From IMG/VR virus record IMGVR_UViG_3300034523_000297, positions 1-60,067 of that record: a DNA stretch of 60,067 bases; one strand, written 5' to 3'. The notes under the pieces were generated by a model that was not told where the DNA came from, searched no databases, and worked only from the letters and a program-made list of their open reading frames with translations. The position numbers and the translations under genes were made by a program. Shown piece by piece: positions 27,168 to 36,665 of this stretch. This DNA comes from a virus (lineage: Duplodnaviria > Caudoviricetes). Each line of letters begins with the position of its first letter. Positions within the stretch are counted from its first letter, which is position 1.

Positions 27168-28549
27168 AGCGTACCGAGAGCCGGGCCCTGGGCTTCAATC
27201 TTCGCCAGTTCCTCTTCCCAGTCGTATTCGTCGCTGATCACCCCACGGCGCTGCATCTCGGTGAACAGCGTCTCCTTGCTGATCATCCCGGCATTGGCCA
27301 TGGATACCAGCGTCGGCAGCGACACCTCCGGCATGTAGTCGACATCGAAGTTGCCGCGCATCTCGACGGTGCCGCCCTCGCCCAGGCCGCGATAATCGGC
27401 CATGAACTGGAGCAGTTGAGCCAGGCAGTCAGCGAAGTGGTGCGCCATGCGCGCCAGCGGGGACAGCTCCTGAGCAGCCTCCTCCTCCGCCTGTGTGGCG
27501 GTCTTGGTGGCCGTCTTGTCCGGCGTCAGCAGCTTGGCCCCAGCCATGCGCATCTCGTTGATCAGGTCCTGCAGCGCAGTGCGACCCGACTCTACGGCCT
27601 GGCCGGTGTGCTCGACGTACTTGAGGTCACAGTCCCTAGGCAGATCGGTCAGCTGGCCGGTGCCCACCTTGAACTCTGGCGGGACCACTTTCCCCTGATT
27701 GTCGTACTGGGTCTGGATGCCGATGCGCACCAGGATCGGCACGCGGATGACGTGCAGGATGTTGTCCTGGTCGCTCTGGCTCTGCCAGTGTTTCACATTC
27801 AAGTGCGCCAGCTCGATCAGCGGCGGCTTGGCCGTCATGAAGCCGGTGCGGCCGGTGTAGAAGGTTACCCACGGGATAACCGAGAGACTTGTCTCGCCCT
27901 GGTCGTGAATAGACCATTCGCCGGTCTTGTCGCTCTTGCGGTAGATGAGCCATGCGCCGGGCACAAGAACTCGAATCTGCTCGATGCACTTGGTCCCAAA
28001 CGCACCATCCGCCTCCTCGACCACCTCCAGGTAGCGAACCATTGTCAGTACGCCGTTCTTGGACCTCCAGCCCAGTACCTGCTCAGGCTTCACCATCACA
28101 ACGTATGGTCGGACGCCAGCTGCCTGTTCTTCTGCCCGGTTACGGATGCCATTGGTGCTGGGATGGTCTACTACCGCATGGCACAGGCCATGGCTCAACC
28201 CCTCGGTGAAGAACCCGACCGCCCAGGAGTTGAGGTCATTGCCAGCGTGGTCGATGTCCTTGGTCATCTCGACAATGGCCTCTGGCACATCGTCACCCAC
28301 CTGCAGCGGCTCGGCGAACACTCGGGACGTCATGTTGCCGACCGTTTCGGAGTATGCAGGCAGCAGGGTCGAGAGACGCAGGCGCTCCTTGTAGGCCTCG
28401 TCATCCTCGGCTGGATACTGAGGCAGCAGGGTTTTGCCCGCGGCACGCATCGCCATCGTCCCGCCCATGAGCGGCGAGATCACGGCCCAGTAGGCGCGCA
28501 TCGCGTCGACAGCGGGCAGCGTGATGCTCGGATTATCGCTCATGGTCAC
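27164..28549 (-). CDS. Portal protein (DUF4055 type)
   Basis: 461 aa directly after TerL; YKERL and KTATQA motifs. Confidence 0.88.
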   Translation of the reverse strand: MTMSDNPSITLPAVDAMRAYWAVISPLMGGTMAMRAAGKTLLPQYPAEDDEAYKERLRLSTLLPAYSETVGNMTSRVFAEPLQVGDDVPEAIVEMTKDIDHAGNDLNSWAVGFFTEGLSHGLCHAVVDHPSTNGIRNRAEEQAAGVRPYVVMVKPEQVLGWRSKNGVLTMVRYLEVVEEADGAFGTKCIEQIRVLVPGAWLIYRKSDKTGEWSIHDQGETSLSVIPWVTFYTGRTGFMTAKPPLIELAHLNVKHWQSQSDQDNILHVIRVPILVRIGIQTQYDNQGKVVPPEFKVGTGQLTDLPRDCDLKYVEHTGQAVESGRTALQDLINEMRMAGAKLLTPDKTATKTATQAEEEAAQELSPLARMAHHFADCLAQLLQFMADYRGLGEGGTVEMRGNFDVDYMPEVSLPTLVSMANAGMISKETLFTEMQRRGVISDEYDWEEELAKIEAQGPALGTL

Positions 28550-29844
28550 ATTCTCAGGGATTGGGTCGTGAAGACCGGTCGCTCAATTGGGTAGTCGTGG
28601 TGGATGAAGTAGCCACCCGCGTCGTTCGCGTGGTCCACGCCAGATTTCTTGTCAGGCTCGCCATTGGCTGCCCATACCTGCTGCTCCAAGCCGTCCGCAT
28701 AGGTCGGGCAGCGCAGCGGGTTGATCAGGTAACGCCGCTCGCCATTCGCGTTGCAGAACATCGCGTTCATGGCGTTGATCCGGTCCTTCACTGGCGGGTT
28801 GGCATCGGGCACGATGACGCTGAACCCGGCCTGGCGCAGGATGGCGATGTCCGTCTCGCTGGCGTTTACCGACTTTCGCGACCCGCCCGAGGCGTCGGGA
28901 TAGATCCTGATCTCACAGGTCTTCTCGTAGTCCCTGCCGTTGTGCCGCCAGTAGCGCTCCTTGATGCGCCGGATCATGTCCGGGGTATCGAAGCCGTCGA
29001 TCAGCTCATCCACAGCCCTGGGCTTTCCGTCAGGCCGTTTGACATGGACGATCGCCGCCATCTTGCCGACGTTGAAGTCCATGCCGATGAACAGGGGCTC
29101 TCCAGGCTCTACGGTGTCGAAGCAGGAATTCAGCTTCCGGTCGTAGGCGTGGTAGATCGACCCGGAGTTCAGGTTGACGAACTGGCCGTTGAGGTAGGCC
29201 AGGATGAGCTGGGCCGGATAGGACTCCATCAGGGATGGGATGTAGTCGGGCGGTAGGTTCAGCTCGTTGTCGAACGTGCTGGCTTGCACCAGGCCGTACA
29301 TGCCCTGCAGGGCCGGTTTCTCGCGCAGCTGCTTCACGAACTGCTGGTAGACGAACTTGAACCCCTCGGGGGTGGTCGTCACATCCACGCCGTTCTTCAG
29401 CCCAGGCACGTTGTAGCGCATCCTGGCAATGATCTTGCGCCAGGCGTGCTCGGCCTTGAGCGCGGGCAGAACATCGAGTTCGTCGACCAGGGCGTGCCCG
29501 ATCTTGAAGCCCACGATGGTCTGCGGCTTCTCCATCGAGCGGCAGATGGTCGTGCTGCGGTACTGGCCGCCGCTGTAGAACTCGACCTCCTTGTCGCTCT
29601 CCTTCGTCTTGACCTTCAGGCCCCAGTCGAAGGCGACCTCCTCGATGGTCGGGAAGAAGATGTCGCGGATCTGCGGGTACGTCGGGGCGAAGTAGCCGGA
29701 GTCGATCCGGGGCCACTCCCACACGTGCTTGCACAGCGCTGCACAGCCTACCCAGGTCTTGCCCGAGCCGAACCCGGCCACGAAGCCACGGAACTTGTTC
29801 TCCATGCGGAGGAAGCTGGCCTGGGGCACGTTAAGTGACGGCAT
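28546..29844 (-). CDS. terL: Terminase large subunit
   Basis: Walker A AGFGSGKT, Walker B LVDELD, TTTPEG, nuclease motifs GMDFN and DHANDA. Confidence 0.96.
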   Translation of the reverse strand: MPSLNVPQASFLRMENKFRGFVAGFGSGKTWVGCAALCKHVWEWPRIDSGYFAPTYPQIRDIFFPTIEEVAFDWGLKVKTKESDKEVEFYSGGQYRSTTICRSMEKPQTIVGFKIGHALVDELDVLPALKAEHAWRKIIARMRYNVPGLKNGVDVTTTPEGFKFVYQQFVKQLREKPALQGMYGLVQASTFDNELNLPPDYIPSLMESYPAQLILAYLNGQFVNLNSGSIYHAYDRKLNSCFDTVEPGEPLFIGMDFNVGKMAAIVHVKRPDGKPRAVDELIDGFDTPDMIRRIKERYWRHNGRDYEKTCEIRIYPDASGGSRKSVNASETDIAILRQAGFSVIVPDANPPVKDRINAMNAMFCNANGERRYLINPLRCPTYADGLEQQVWAANGEPDKKSGVDHANDAGGYFIHHDYPIERPVFTTQSLRM

Positions 29845-30292
29845 CAGGCTTCCTCGCATCCACCACATCAACCTGCACCCGGGTGGGCGGCACGTTGTCG
29901 TGGGGATTCTCGTTCTTGGTCTGGCGATTCACGTAGACATCGCCGACCTCTTTGGCCGCCTGCTCCAGCAGCTGAGCCGTCAGGGCCATGTTCTTCATGT
30001 TCTCGGCCTTCTCAGCCATCCGCCCCAGCACACGAAGCCGAAACGCTCGGTTGGCGATCGGTATCTCGGCCGTCTCCTCGCGGAAACGCTTTCGGGTATC
30101 TTCGAACAGGGTTACCCAGCGCTTGGCCAGGTCACGCCCAGCACGCTTGGTCGGGTCGTGCGCCTCACACTTCTGCCGGGTAATCTCAAGGCCGAATTCT
30201 TCTCGGACGGCTGCCGCGACTTGCGAGGGGGTATCGAAACAGGCCAGGGCCTGAACGATGAAGGCTTTCACCTCGTTGCTCAGGGCCGCCAT
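29831..30292 (-). CDS. terS: Terminase small subunit (DUF2280)
   Basis: FIVQALACFDTPSQVA motif; directly upstream of TerL. Confidence 0.85.
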   Translation of the reverse strand: MAALSNEVKAFIVQALACFDTPSQVAAAVREEFGLEITRQKCEAHDPTKRAGRDLAKRWVTLFEDTRKRFREETAEIPIANRAFRLRVLGRMAEKAENMKNMALTAQLLEQAAKEVGDVYVNRQTKNENPHDNVPPTRVQVDVVDARKPDAVT

Positions 30293-30323
30293 AGGTTTTC
30301 ATCCGTCGTGGGTCTGTCAGGGG

Positions 30324-30947
30324 TCAGGCAGACTTGAGCAGACAGGTTCCGCAGGCCCTCGAAATGTTGATCTTGGCCACCTCAGGCGGCCGGCTTGCAG
30401 CATCGATCAGCTGCTGTACGTCGTGCCCTGCACCGTAGCGGCGTACCACGCCGACAAACTCTTCCACATCGTGACCACGGATCGTCAGGCTGGGCAGCCC
30501 GTCCTGGGTGAACTTGGGCGCGCCGTACTGATCGAGCTTCTGGGCTATGTGGTAAAGCTCGTGCTCGATGAGGGCGCAGAACTCGGTGTCGGAGCACTGG
30601 GAGCAGTAATCCGCAGCCAGGGTGATGACGAAGCCCGGAACCTCCCCGAACCAGTCGATCATCTGCTGCTCTTGTCGAGCCTTCTGCCACCCGCCTGCAC
30701 GGAACATCACGGCTTCGGCCTGGCCTACCACGATTCGCCCTTGCTTCTCGAAGCAGGCTGAGGCCCACAGGAAGCGCAGCGGCGCGTCGATCAGGTGAGC
30801 ATGGTCAGGGTTATGCAGCTCGCCACCCTCGCTGAGGATCGCTGCCTGCACCCATTCGCCAATCTCGGGCGCTGGCTGAAGCCTGGTGCCGAGCATCGAT
30901 AGCTCAGTCAGCTCCAGCAATGCAGGCGGCGGCATGGGCCTGGCCAT
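30324..30947 (-). CDS. Phage putative metallopeptidase
   Basis: HELYH (HExxH) and HDVEEF motifs. Confidence 0.8.
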   Translation of the reverse strand: MARPMPPPALLELTELSMLGTRLQPAPEIGEWVQAAILSEGGELHNPDHAHLIDAPLRFLWASACFEKQGRIVVGQAEAVMFRAGGWQKARQEQQMIDWFGEVPGFVITLAADYCSQCSDTEFCALIEHELYHIAQKLDQYGAPKFTQDGLPSLTIRGHDVEEFVGVVRRYGAGHDVQQLIDAASRPPEVAKINISRACGTCLLKSA

Positions 30948-30955
30948 CGCTCCGC

Positions 30956-31171
30956 TCACTTGCATACCATCTTGTGCGTCTCAGCGTGAGCATGGCCATG
31001 CAGCAGGCCGACTATCAATCCTTGCGGCAGCCCGGCAGCCTTTGCAACGTCAATCGCAGCCGCCAGCGCGGCGTCTAGGCCGGATACAGCAGACCTGATG
31101 TCGTTACTGACCGGTAGTTCGTGGCGGATCCGAGTGACACGGCCCGTCATCAAATCGTCTCGATGAGTCAT
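30956..31171 (-). CDS. Hypothetical protein
   Basis: Small ORF in the late operon. Confidence 0.55.
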   Translation of the reverse strand: MTHRDDLMTGRVTRIRHELPVSNDIRSAVSGLDAALAAAIDVAKAAGLPQGLIVGLLHGHAHAETHKMVCK

Positions 31172-31230
31172 GTTGATGGCTTCCCTTTGCGGTACTAATA
31201 CTTAGTTGTCTGCCTGGGGAGGCTCGAAAA

Positions 31231-31467
31231 ATGCAACAAAGATTCGTTATCGTTCCGGCTGTACCTATCGAAGGTGAGTCCTTCCAAATCGGTAACCGGT
31301 TCTATGCCGCCACCACTTCGGGTGGCTTCGACATTTACGACAACCAGGAAAAAGAACGCCTGAAACGCGGGTTTATCAACCGATCTGAGGCTGCGGTTGC
31401 GTGCGAGAAAATGAATGCCGAGTCACGCGATTCAGAGCAGCTATTCCCTTTGCTTCGCACAGACTGA
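31231..31467 (+). CDS. Hypothetical moron protein
   Basis: GGAGG RBS; antisense to the late operon. Confidence 0.6.
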   Translation: MQQRFVIVPAVPIEGESFQIGNRFYAATTSGGFDIYDNQEKERLKRGFINRSEAAVACEKMNAESRDSEQLFPLLRTD

Positions 31468-31503
31468 TACGCACGAACCGGCGCATTGGGAGTTCGTGGC
31501 GCC

Positions 31504-31773
31504 TTACCCTGGCTGGAACACATGGCCGCGCCTGGCGACTGCATACGAGACGATCCCCAGCTTGAGGATCACGCCGTACAGGGTGGGCACGTGGCCATTC
31601 ATGGCTAGGACGAAGGCGCCGAATGCGCCGATGGCCACCAGGTAGAACGCGACGGCCAGCAGTGGCGCATCCATCGGCTTGATCCGGCGCAGGTAGTCGC
31701 ACGCGGCAATCACCACCATCACGCTCAGGAAGGCATTGGCGCCGATCAGGACTGAAATCAGGGTCGAGCTCAT
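31504..31773 (-). CDS. Holin-associated membrane protein
   Basis: Three TM segments; coupled to the holin gene. Confidence 0.65.
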   Translation of the reverse strand: MSSTLISVLIGANAFLSVMVVIAACDYLRRIKPMDAPLLAVAFYLVAIGAFGAFVLAMNGHVPTLYGVILKLGIVSYAVARRGHVFQPG

Positions 31774-32084
31774 CAGGTAGCTCCTTTGGCTCCGAACGAC
31801 CCCACGAGCGACTTCAGCACCGGGATGATGTTCATTGCCAGAAGGCCTATCAGAAAGGCCACGCCGTATTGGGTTTCTCCGCTGGTGCCAAGGCTGAAGT
31901 AGCTGATGGCGAGCGGGGTGCAGAAGACTGCCGAAGCGAAGCCGGTGAAGAAGGCGGCGACCGCCTGGCCCCGGGTGAGGCCTCGCAGGAAGGTCAGCGA
32001 GAGGATTGCTCCTGCGAAGCCGCCAATGATCACGCCGTACTTCACCAGCAGGACGCCGGCGGTCGTGCTTGCTGGTTCGGCCAT
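31773..32084 (-). CDS. Holin
   Basis: 103 aa, multiple TM segments, MAEP start; early in the late operon. Confidence 0.75.
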   Translation of the reverse strand: MAEPASTTAGVLLVKYGVIIGGFAGAILSLTFLRGLTRGQAVAAFFTGFASAVFCTPLAISYFSLGTSGETQYGVAFLIGLLAMNIIPVLKSLVGSFGAKGAT

Positions 32085-32258
32085 GAGTGGTTCCTAAAAA
32101 ATGACCCGATTTAGACCCTTATTAGGGCGCGGGCAAGTAAAAACGGTACACAGAGAGTCAGTTACATGGCCAACAGGCTCTATGCCAGGCATCGGCCGGT
32201 ATGATTACCTAGGCACAAAAAAGCCCGCACAGGGCGGGCAAAGAGGGATCGTGCTTTT

Positions 32259-32768
32259 TTAAATCTGGTGGCTGTAGAACAGCGAGTACGACTCGATACC
32301 GTCGTTGGGCTGCTTAATGCCAGCGTTGGAGTAGTGAATCGCTCGGATGCCAACCTTCTGCGTCTCGCCGATCTTCAAGCCCGCACCGATGCGGTCTTCG
32401 AAGTTGAAGGCCGAACCAAAGTCCTGGTCACCTGCGGACGTACCAGAGAAGACCGCCAGGCCGATGCCAGCCTCAACGAATGGCTTCACGTTACCGCTGC
32501 CGAACTCGTAAACGAAAACTGGCGCAAAGGACAGCGAGTGAGCGCCACCGGAAGCATCTCCTGCTTCCCAATAGGTATACCCAGCATCCCAGTAACCGGT
32601 TAGACGGCCAGTACTGGATTCAAACCAGCTTTTGTCCCAGTTAAAGCCAACGCCTGCACGCGCCGTAATGCCGCCTTGACTTGTCGCACCCAGCGCCCCG
32701 GAAAGCTCAGCTGCTCCGGCAGACGCAGCGACAAGGGACAGTGCTGCAGCAGCTAGAACGGTTTTCAT
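32259..32768 (-). CDS. pagL: Lipid A 3-O-deacylase PagL
   Basis: Signal peptide, beta-barrel pattern, FEDRIGAG and catalytic HYSNAG..QPNDGIESYSLFY. Confidence 0.93.
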   Translation of the reverse strand: MKTVLAAAALSLVAASAGAAELSGALGATSQGGITARAGVGFNWDKSWFESSTGRLTGYWDAGYTYWEAGDASGGAHSLSFAPVFVYEFGSGNVKPFVEAGIGLAVFSGTSAGDQDFGSAFNFEDRIGAGLKIGETQKVGIRAIHYSNAGIKQPNDGIESYSLFYSHQI

Positions 32769-32903
32769 AATCACGGTCTTCCATGTTTGTTTAGTTAGCA
32801 ACCTATCAGAATCATAGCGCCATCAAAACGTTCCGTGCTACACAAAAAAAATCTGACCTCGCCAGAGGTGGCGTCGGGCCTCTTGAGGGCCTCTTCGGGC
32901 AAT

Positions 32904-32929
32904 AAAAAACCCGGCTCATTGGCCGGGTT
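32904..32929 (-). terminator. Terminator downstream of the Q-like gene
   Basis: AAAAAACCCGGC-TCATTG-GCCGGGTT. Confidence 0.65.
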
Positions 32930-33011
32930 CTGTGTGTCAATCCGTAACGCGCAAGATCGACAGGATGGGCAAATATTCTCTCACTTTCTCACTCATTGCA
33001 ATGGCTATTTG

Positions 33012-33683
33012 CTACGCCGCGCAACTTTCTATCAACCCCTCTGCGTCGAGAAGCTCCTGAGCGGCAGTGAGAGCCTCGTTGACCTGGTTGTCCAGCGTCT
33101 TTCGGATGGACGAGCGCCAACGGTACCGAGTCGACTCTGGCTTGCCGTCATTGTCCCAGTTGTCGATGTTGTACCAGGCAGCCGGCAGCACAGCTGCGGA
33201 CCTCTTGAGCGTCTGCTTTCGATCCACCGCATCGCTCATGCCGCTCAACCCTTTCTCGTTGAACGAATCCACAAGGGCCTTGTTCTTGGCGATAGCTTCG
33301 GCCTCCCTGCTCACCATCTCGATCGCGGCCGACTCATGCTTCCCTCCTACCTGAGGGATTGCCCAGGTCAAAATGGCGCACTCACGGAAGCGCTGAGGTG
33401 CAGGCGACTTGATCGTCTTCATCAGCTCCAGTATTGCGTTGTGCTTGCGATCCTCGTGAGTGGAGTACTTCGCCACCAGCGCACGCCAGTGCTCAGCTGA
33501 GAGCGACTTGTGCAGCCGGCCGAACACCCAGCAGTCCACGAGGAATGCAGCCTCCTTGCCGACGATCTCGCCCTTCTGCTTGGCCGCCTGAACCTTCGGC
33601 TCGAACTCGCAACCGCCCGCGCTGTTGATCGTCTCGGCCGCCAGGGCGCGGACCACTGCCGATACCACGTTCTGATAGTTCAC
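33012..33683 (-). CDS. Late antiterminator (Q-like)
   Basis: Last nin-region gene before the late operon; SAVVRALAAETIN family, C-terminal HTH-like PESTRYRWR. Confidence 0.6.
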   Translation of the reverse strand: MNYQNVVSAVVRALAAETINSAGGCEFEPKVQAAKQKGEIVGKEAAFLVDCWVFGRLHKSLSAEHWRALVAKYSTHEDRKHNAILELMKTIKSPAPQRFRECAILTWAIPQVGGKHESAAIEMVSREAEAIAKNKALVDSFNEKGLSGMSDAVDRKQTLKRSAAVLPAAWYNIDNWDNDGKPESTRYRWRSSIRKTLDNQVNEALTAAQELLDAEGLIESCAA

Positions 33684-33822
33684 TGCCCACCCCCTGCCTG
33701 CTTAGCCTTGCTCAAGACGAGTTCTTCGTAGCTGCGCTTGCGGCGCACTGCGCCCGCCCAGGAAAACGCCACACCACCAACCACCATGAGGGTGGCCATA
33801 ATCAGGAATACCCATGCTGGTG

Positions 33823-34182
33823 TCATGCTGCTTGCTCCTGGGCCTGGATACGGACGCGCACAGCGCCGCCCTTGATCGTTTCCTTGCTCACCTTGATCTG
33901 GGTTGCGAACACGTTGTCGTCGATGCCCAGGGCATCAGCCAGGCCGTCACGGCCCGCCTTGAACATCGCCAGCAGATTGTCGTCGTCGCGCCGGCGGCGA
34001 TCCGGTGGCAAGAACTCGAGCATGAGCAGCGCTTCACCCTCGGGTGCCTGGATGCCGGCCTGCTTCGCCAGCAGGTGGCAGGCTGCCCGGTACGACTTGG
34101 CCGCCTTGCTCTTCTCTCTCCAGTGCACTCGGGCGTTCGGGCTGCATGCGGCCGGTGGCCACGGTAGTGTCAGTTCCATCAA
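33823..34182 (-). CDS. RusA-like Holliday junction resolvase
   Basis: LPWPP..SPN, PPDRRRRDDDN and DGLADALGIDD motifs. Confidence 0.85.
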   Translation of the reverse strand: MMELTLPWPPAACSPNARVHWREKSKAAKSYRAACHLLAKQAGIQAPEGEALLMLEFLPPDRRRRDDDNLLAMFKAGRDGLADALGIDDNVFATQIKVSKETIKGGAVRVRIQAQEQAA

Positions 34183-34481
34183 GCAGCCCCTTTCACGGTC
34201 AGAATGCCGGCCCGGATCAGGGCCTCATGAGTCTCAGCGATCGCCCGTGGCATGTCGGACCAGTCCACTTCGCCTTTCCCACGGCCATCGAGGACGTCGT
34301 GACAGGCGCTGCAGGCGTAGACCGCCACGGTGTCGAACCCCTTCATGCCCATGCCCTTCTGCCCGCATGGCAGGTGGGCCAGTACGGTGGTCTCCGGGTT
34401 GAAATTGCACGTGCCAGGGATACGGACGGTGCAGTCTTGTCCTCGGGCGCTCTCCCTCACCTTCTTGCTGACTACGCGCAT
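34179..34481 (-). CDS. DUF1364 (YbcO-like) putative nuclease
   Basis: SARGQDCTVRIPGTC...AH...ACSACHD. Confidence 0.85.
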   Translation of the reverse strand: MRVVSKKVRESARGQDCTVRIPGTCNFNPETTVLAHLPCGQKGMGMKGFDTVAVYACSACHDVLDGRGKGEVDWSDMPRAIAETHEALIRAGILTVKGAA

Positions 34482-34771
34482 GGCTCGGCCTCCGATGCGT
34501 AGATGATTCCTGCCGCCACTGCCTTAGCGACCAATTCCGTACGGTTGGAGGCTCCCAGGTGCAGGCGGGCATCCGCCATCCTGCTGGTGACCGTTCCCGG
34601 CGAAATGCCGAGTTCGCGAGCGATCTGCTTTCCGCTCTTTCCTGTTGCGGCGAGAACCACGCACTGCACCCCGCGCCGCGTCAGGCCCTGGCCATACAGC
34701 CCTCGCCAGCCGGGCGCTGCGAAAATGCCTTGGTCCTTGTTCCGCTTGAGATTTGCTTCCTGGCTCTTCAT
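34472..34771 (-). CDS. LuxR-type HTH protein
   Basis: GKSGKQIARELGISPGTV...LGASNRTELVAKA. Confidence 0.8.
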   Translation of the reverse strand: MKSQEANLKRNKDQGIFAAPGWRGLYGQGLTRRGVQCVVLAATGKSGKQIARELGISPGTVTSRMADARLHLGASNRTELVAKAVAAGIIYASEAEPCA

Positions 34772-35238
34772 GCCGCCTCCTCGCTCAGCAGGTCGCTGAA
34801 CACCACACCCTGCGGCGCGAACTCGGCCACGATACGGTCGGTGTACTGGCAGCCCTGGGCGCGGTCGAACAGCCTGGTAACTGGGAAGCCATCCGGCCCG
34901 AACATGGCGCAAGGTCCCATCAGGCGTAGCTTCACCTCATACGGCAGGTGGATGAACGACTCAGCCCAGCCGGTGCGGAACTCATCGCAGCCAGCGCGCA
35001 TGATCGGCACGCCAAAGTGCAGCTTGCAGTACCTGCGCACATCCTCGATGTCGCCCATCTCGGTGCTTTTGGCGATGCGGTCGTACATGGCGAACCACAG
35101 GGCGTTCTGGTCCAGGGTGCGATCCTTGCCCGGACGCATGGTGACCACGACGAACTTCTTGTCGCGGAACAGGCGGGTGAGCATGGTGACGGCCTCGGAC
35201 AGCTTGGCCTGGGAGTTGACGGAGATTTTCTCAGCCAC
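34768..35238 (-). CDS. NinB-like protein
   Basis: RTLDQNALW motif; nin region. Confidence 0.65.
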   Translation of the reverse strand: MAEKISVNSQAKLSEAVTMLTRLFRDKKFVVVTMRPGKDRTLDQNALWFAMYDRIAKSTEMGDIEDVRRYCKLHFGVPIMRAGCDEFRTGWAESFIHLPYEVKLRLMGPCAMFGPDGFPVTRLFDRAQGCQYTDRIVAEFAPQGVVFSDLLSEEAA

Positions 35239-35573
35239 GCTTCACCCCCTTGCATGCCGCCCTGATAACCCTGGCCGCCCTGACGAAGCCGCTGGCAGTT
35301 CCGCAAAACATCGCCCAGGCCAGGTACAGCGCGTACATGGCCAACATCGCACCACCAGCGCCCATGACCGCGTAGCCAACGAGTTGAGCGAAATTATTCA
35401 TGGTCATGGCTTACCCCTTACGCAGCTGGTACGCACGATGCTGAAAGTGCCTTCAAGGTCGGCCTTGGCCTGCACAGCCGCCTGCTGACAAGCCTCGGCA
35501 GACTCCATCGGGACGGAGGTAATCGCCGAATCCTTGCCGGCGGTGAACAGAACGATCAGGAAGTAGGCAGCGA

Positions 35574-35864
35574 TCATGGCTTCACCTCGACCTTCAGGCC
35601 CTGGGCCTCGATGGCTTCGACAACTTCGTCAGGCCATAGCACTGCTTCGCGATAACCATCACGGGAATCAATCTCCACAGGTTTAGGCAGCTCCAACACC
35701 ACGGCCTCACGGGAGGCCTGCCAGGCCCACCATGCATCCTTCACGCGGGTGTTGCAGTAATCCTCGGGGTCGAGGCCGCTTCGCTTCAGCGCGATATCGC
35801 CATGCTCTGAATAACGGGCGCGCCATGCCGCCTCGAACTCTGCGCGCATCTTGTTGGTGTCCAT
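35574..35864 (-). CDS. Hypothetical phage protein
   Basis: Coupled ORF; AWWAWQASR motif common in Pseudomonas phages. Confidence 0.65.
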   Translation of the reverse strand: MDTNKMRAEFEAAWRARYSEHGDIALKRSGLDPEDYCNTRVKDAWWAWQASREAVVLELPKPVEIDSRDGYREAVLWPDEVVEAIEAQGLKVEVKP

Positions 35865-36109
35865 CAGTGCGCCTCCTGCGTGAACAGCACGTCAAATCGC
35901 TCGTCCGGGTACGAAACGGCGTAGCCCAGCTTCTTGCCTGTGGCGGCCTCGTCCAGATCGCACAGGCACTCATCCTCATCCAGCGCCCGCCCGGAAAGGC
36001 TCACCAGATCGGAGGGCTGGCAGCCAAAGGAGCGAGCCAGTTCGTAAACGCTCGTGACCACGTCGCCGGAGCCGTCGAGTTTTTCGGTTTCAGCCCAGGT
36101 ACACATCAC
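35864..36109 (-). CDS. Hypothetical protein
   Basis: Translationally coupled ORF. Confidence 0.5.
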   Translation of the reverse strand: MMCTWAETEKLDGSGDVVTSVYELARSFGCQPSDLVSLSGRALDEDECLCDLDEAATGKKLGYAVSYPDERFDVLFTQEAH

Positions 36110-36297
36110 ACCCCCTCCCCAGCCGACTGCCCGGCGCGCTTGAACCCAACGTGATACCCGCGCTTCTGGCTGCCATCGGCCATGACGACACGGCGGTCTG
36201 CGCCCTTGGTCATGCGGACGATTTCCCGGCCTTCCACGATCTGCGCAAAGCCCTGGCTCTTGAGCTGGGCAACTGTGATCTCTTGTGCAGGCGTCAT
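36106..36297 (-). CDS. Hypothetical protein
   Basis: Translationally coupled ORF. Confidence 0.55.
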   Translation of the reverse strand: MTPAQEITVAQLKSQGFAQIVEGREIVRMTKGADRRVVMADGSQKRGYHVGFKRAGQSAGEGV

Positions 36298-36665
36298 TGG
36301 ACTGGCTCCCAGACTTTCACGTTGGCTTTCTGGCTCTGGCGCTTCATATCGGCAGTTTCTGCGCCGCCTGCGAAGGCAACGAGCCCTACCGTTTCGCCAC
36401 GTTGTGCGCCAATGCTGATTGCCGCCTTGAGCATCTCGGTATTTCTCCTCGGGCCAGCCGCCTTACCGTGCTTCTTCCAGTTGGCGTGGTAGGTGATGTG
36501 GTCAACCCCCGCAGAAGCTGCCCACATCAAGGCATGGCGATCAGCTCCAGTTGCACCGCCGTTGAGCAATACGCTGATCGGGGTTTTACGGTGCAAGGCG
36601 TCCAGCGCACTCACCACAAACGCACCATCAGCGAAATCTCGTCCGCCACATGCGATAACGATCAT
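36294..36665 (-). CDS. SLOG-family (DUF2493/YspA-like) protein
   Basis: CGGRDF, GGATGAD, AGPRRN and GGAETADM motifs. Confidence 0.85.
   Translation of the reverse strand: MIVIACGGRDFADGAFVVSALDALHRKTPISVLLNGGATGADRHALMWAASAGVDHITYHANWKKHGKAAGPRRNTEMLKAAISIGAQRGETVGLVAFAGGAETADMKRQSQKANVKVWEPVQ

Noticed and set aside
1084-32084. Holin separated from endolysin/spanins by the whole morphogenesis region
   Set aside because: This split lysis arrangement is common in Pseudomonas temperate phages
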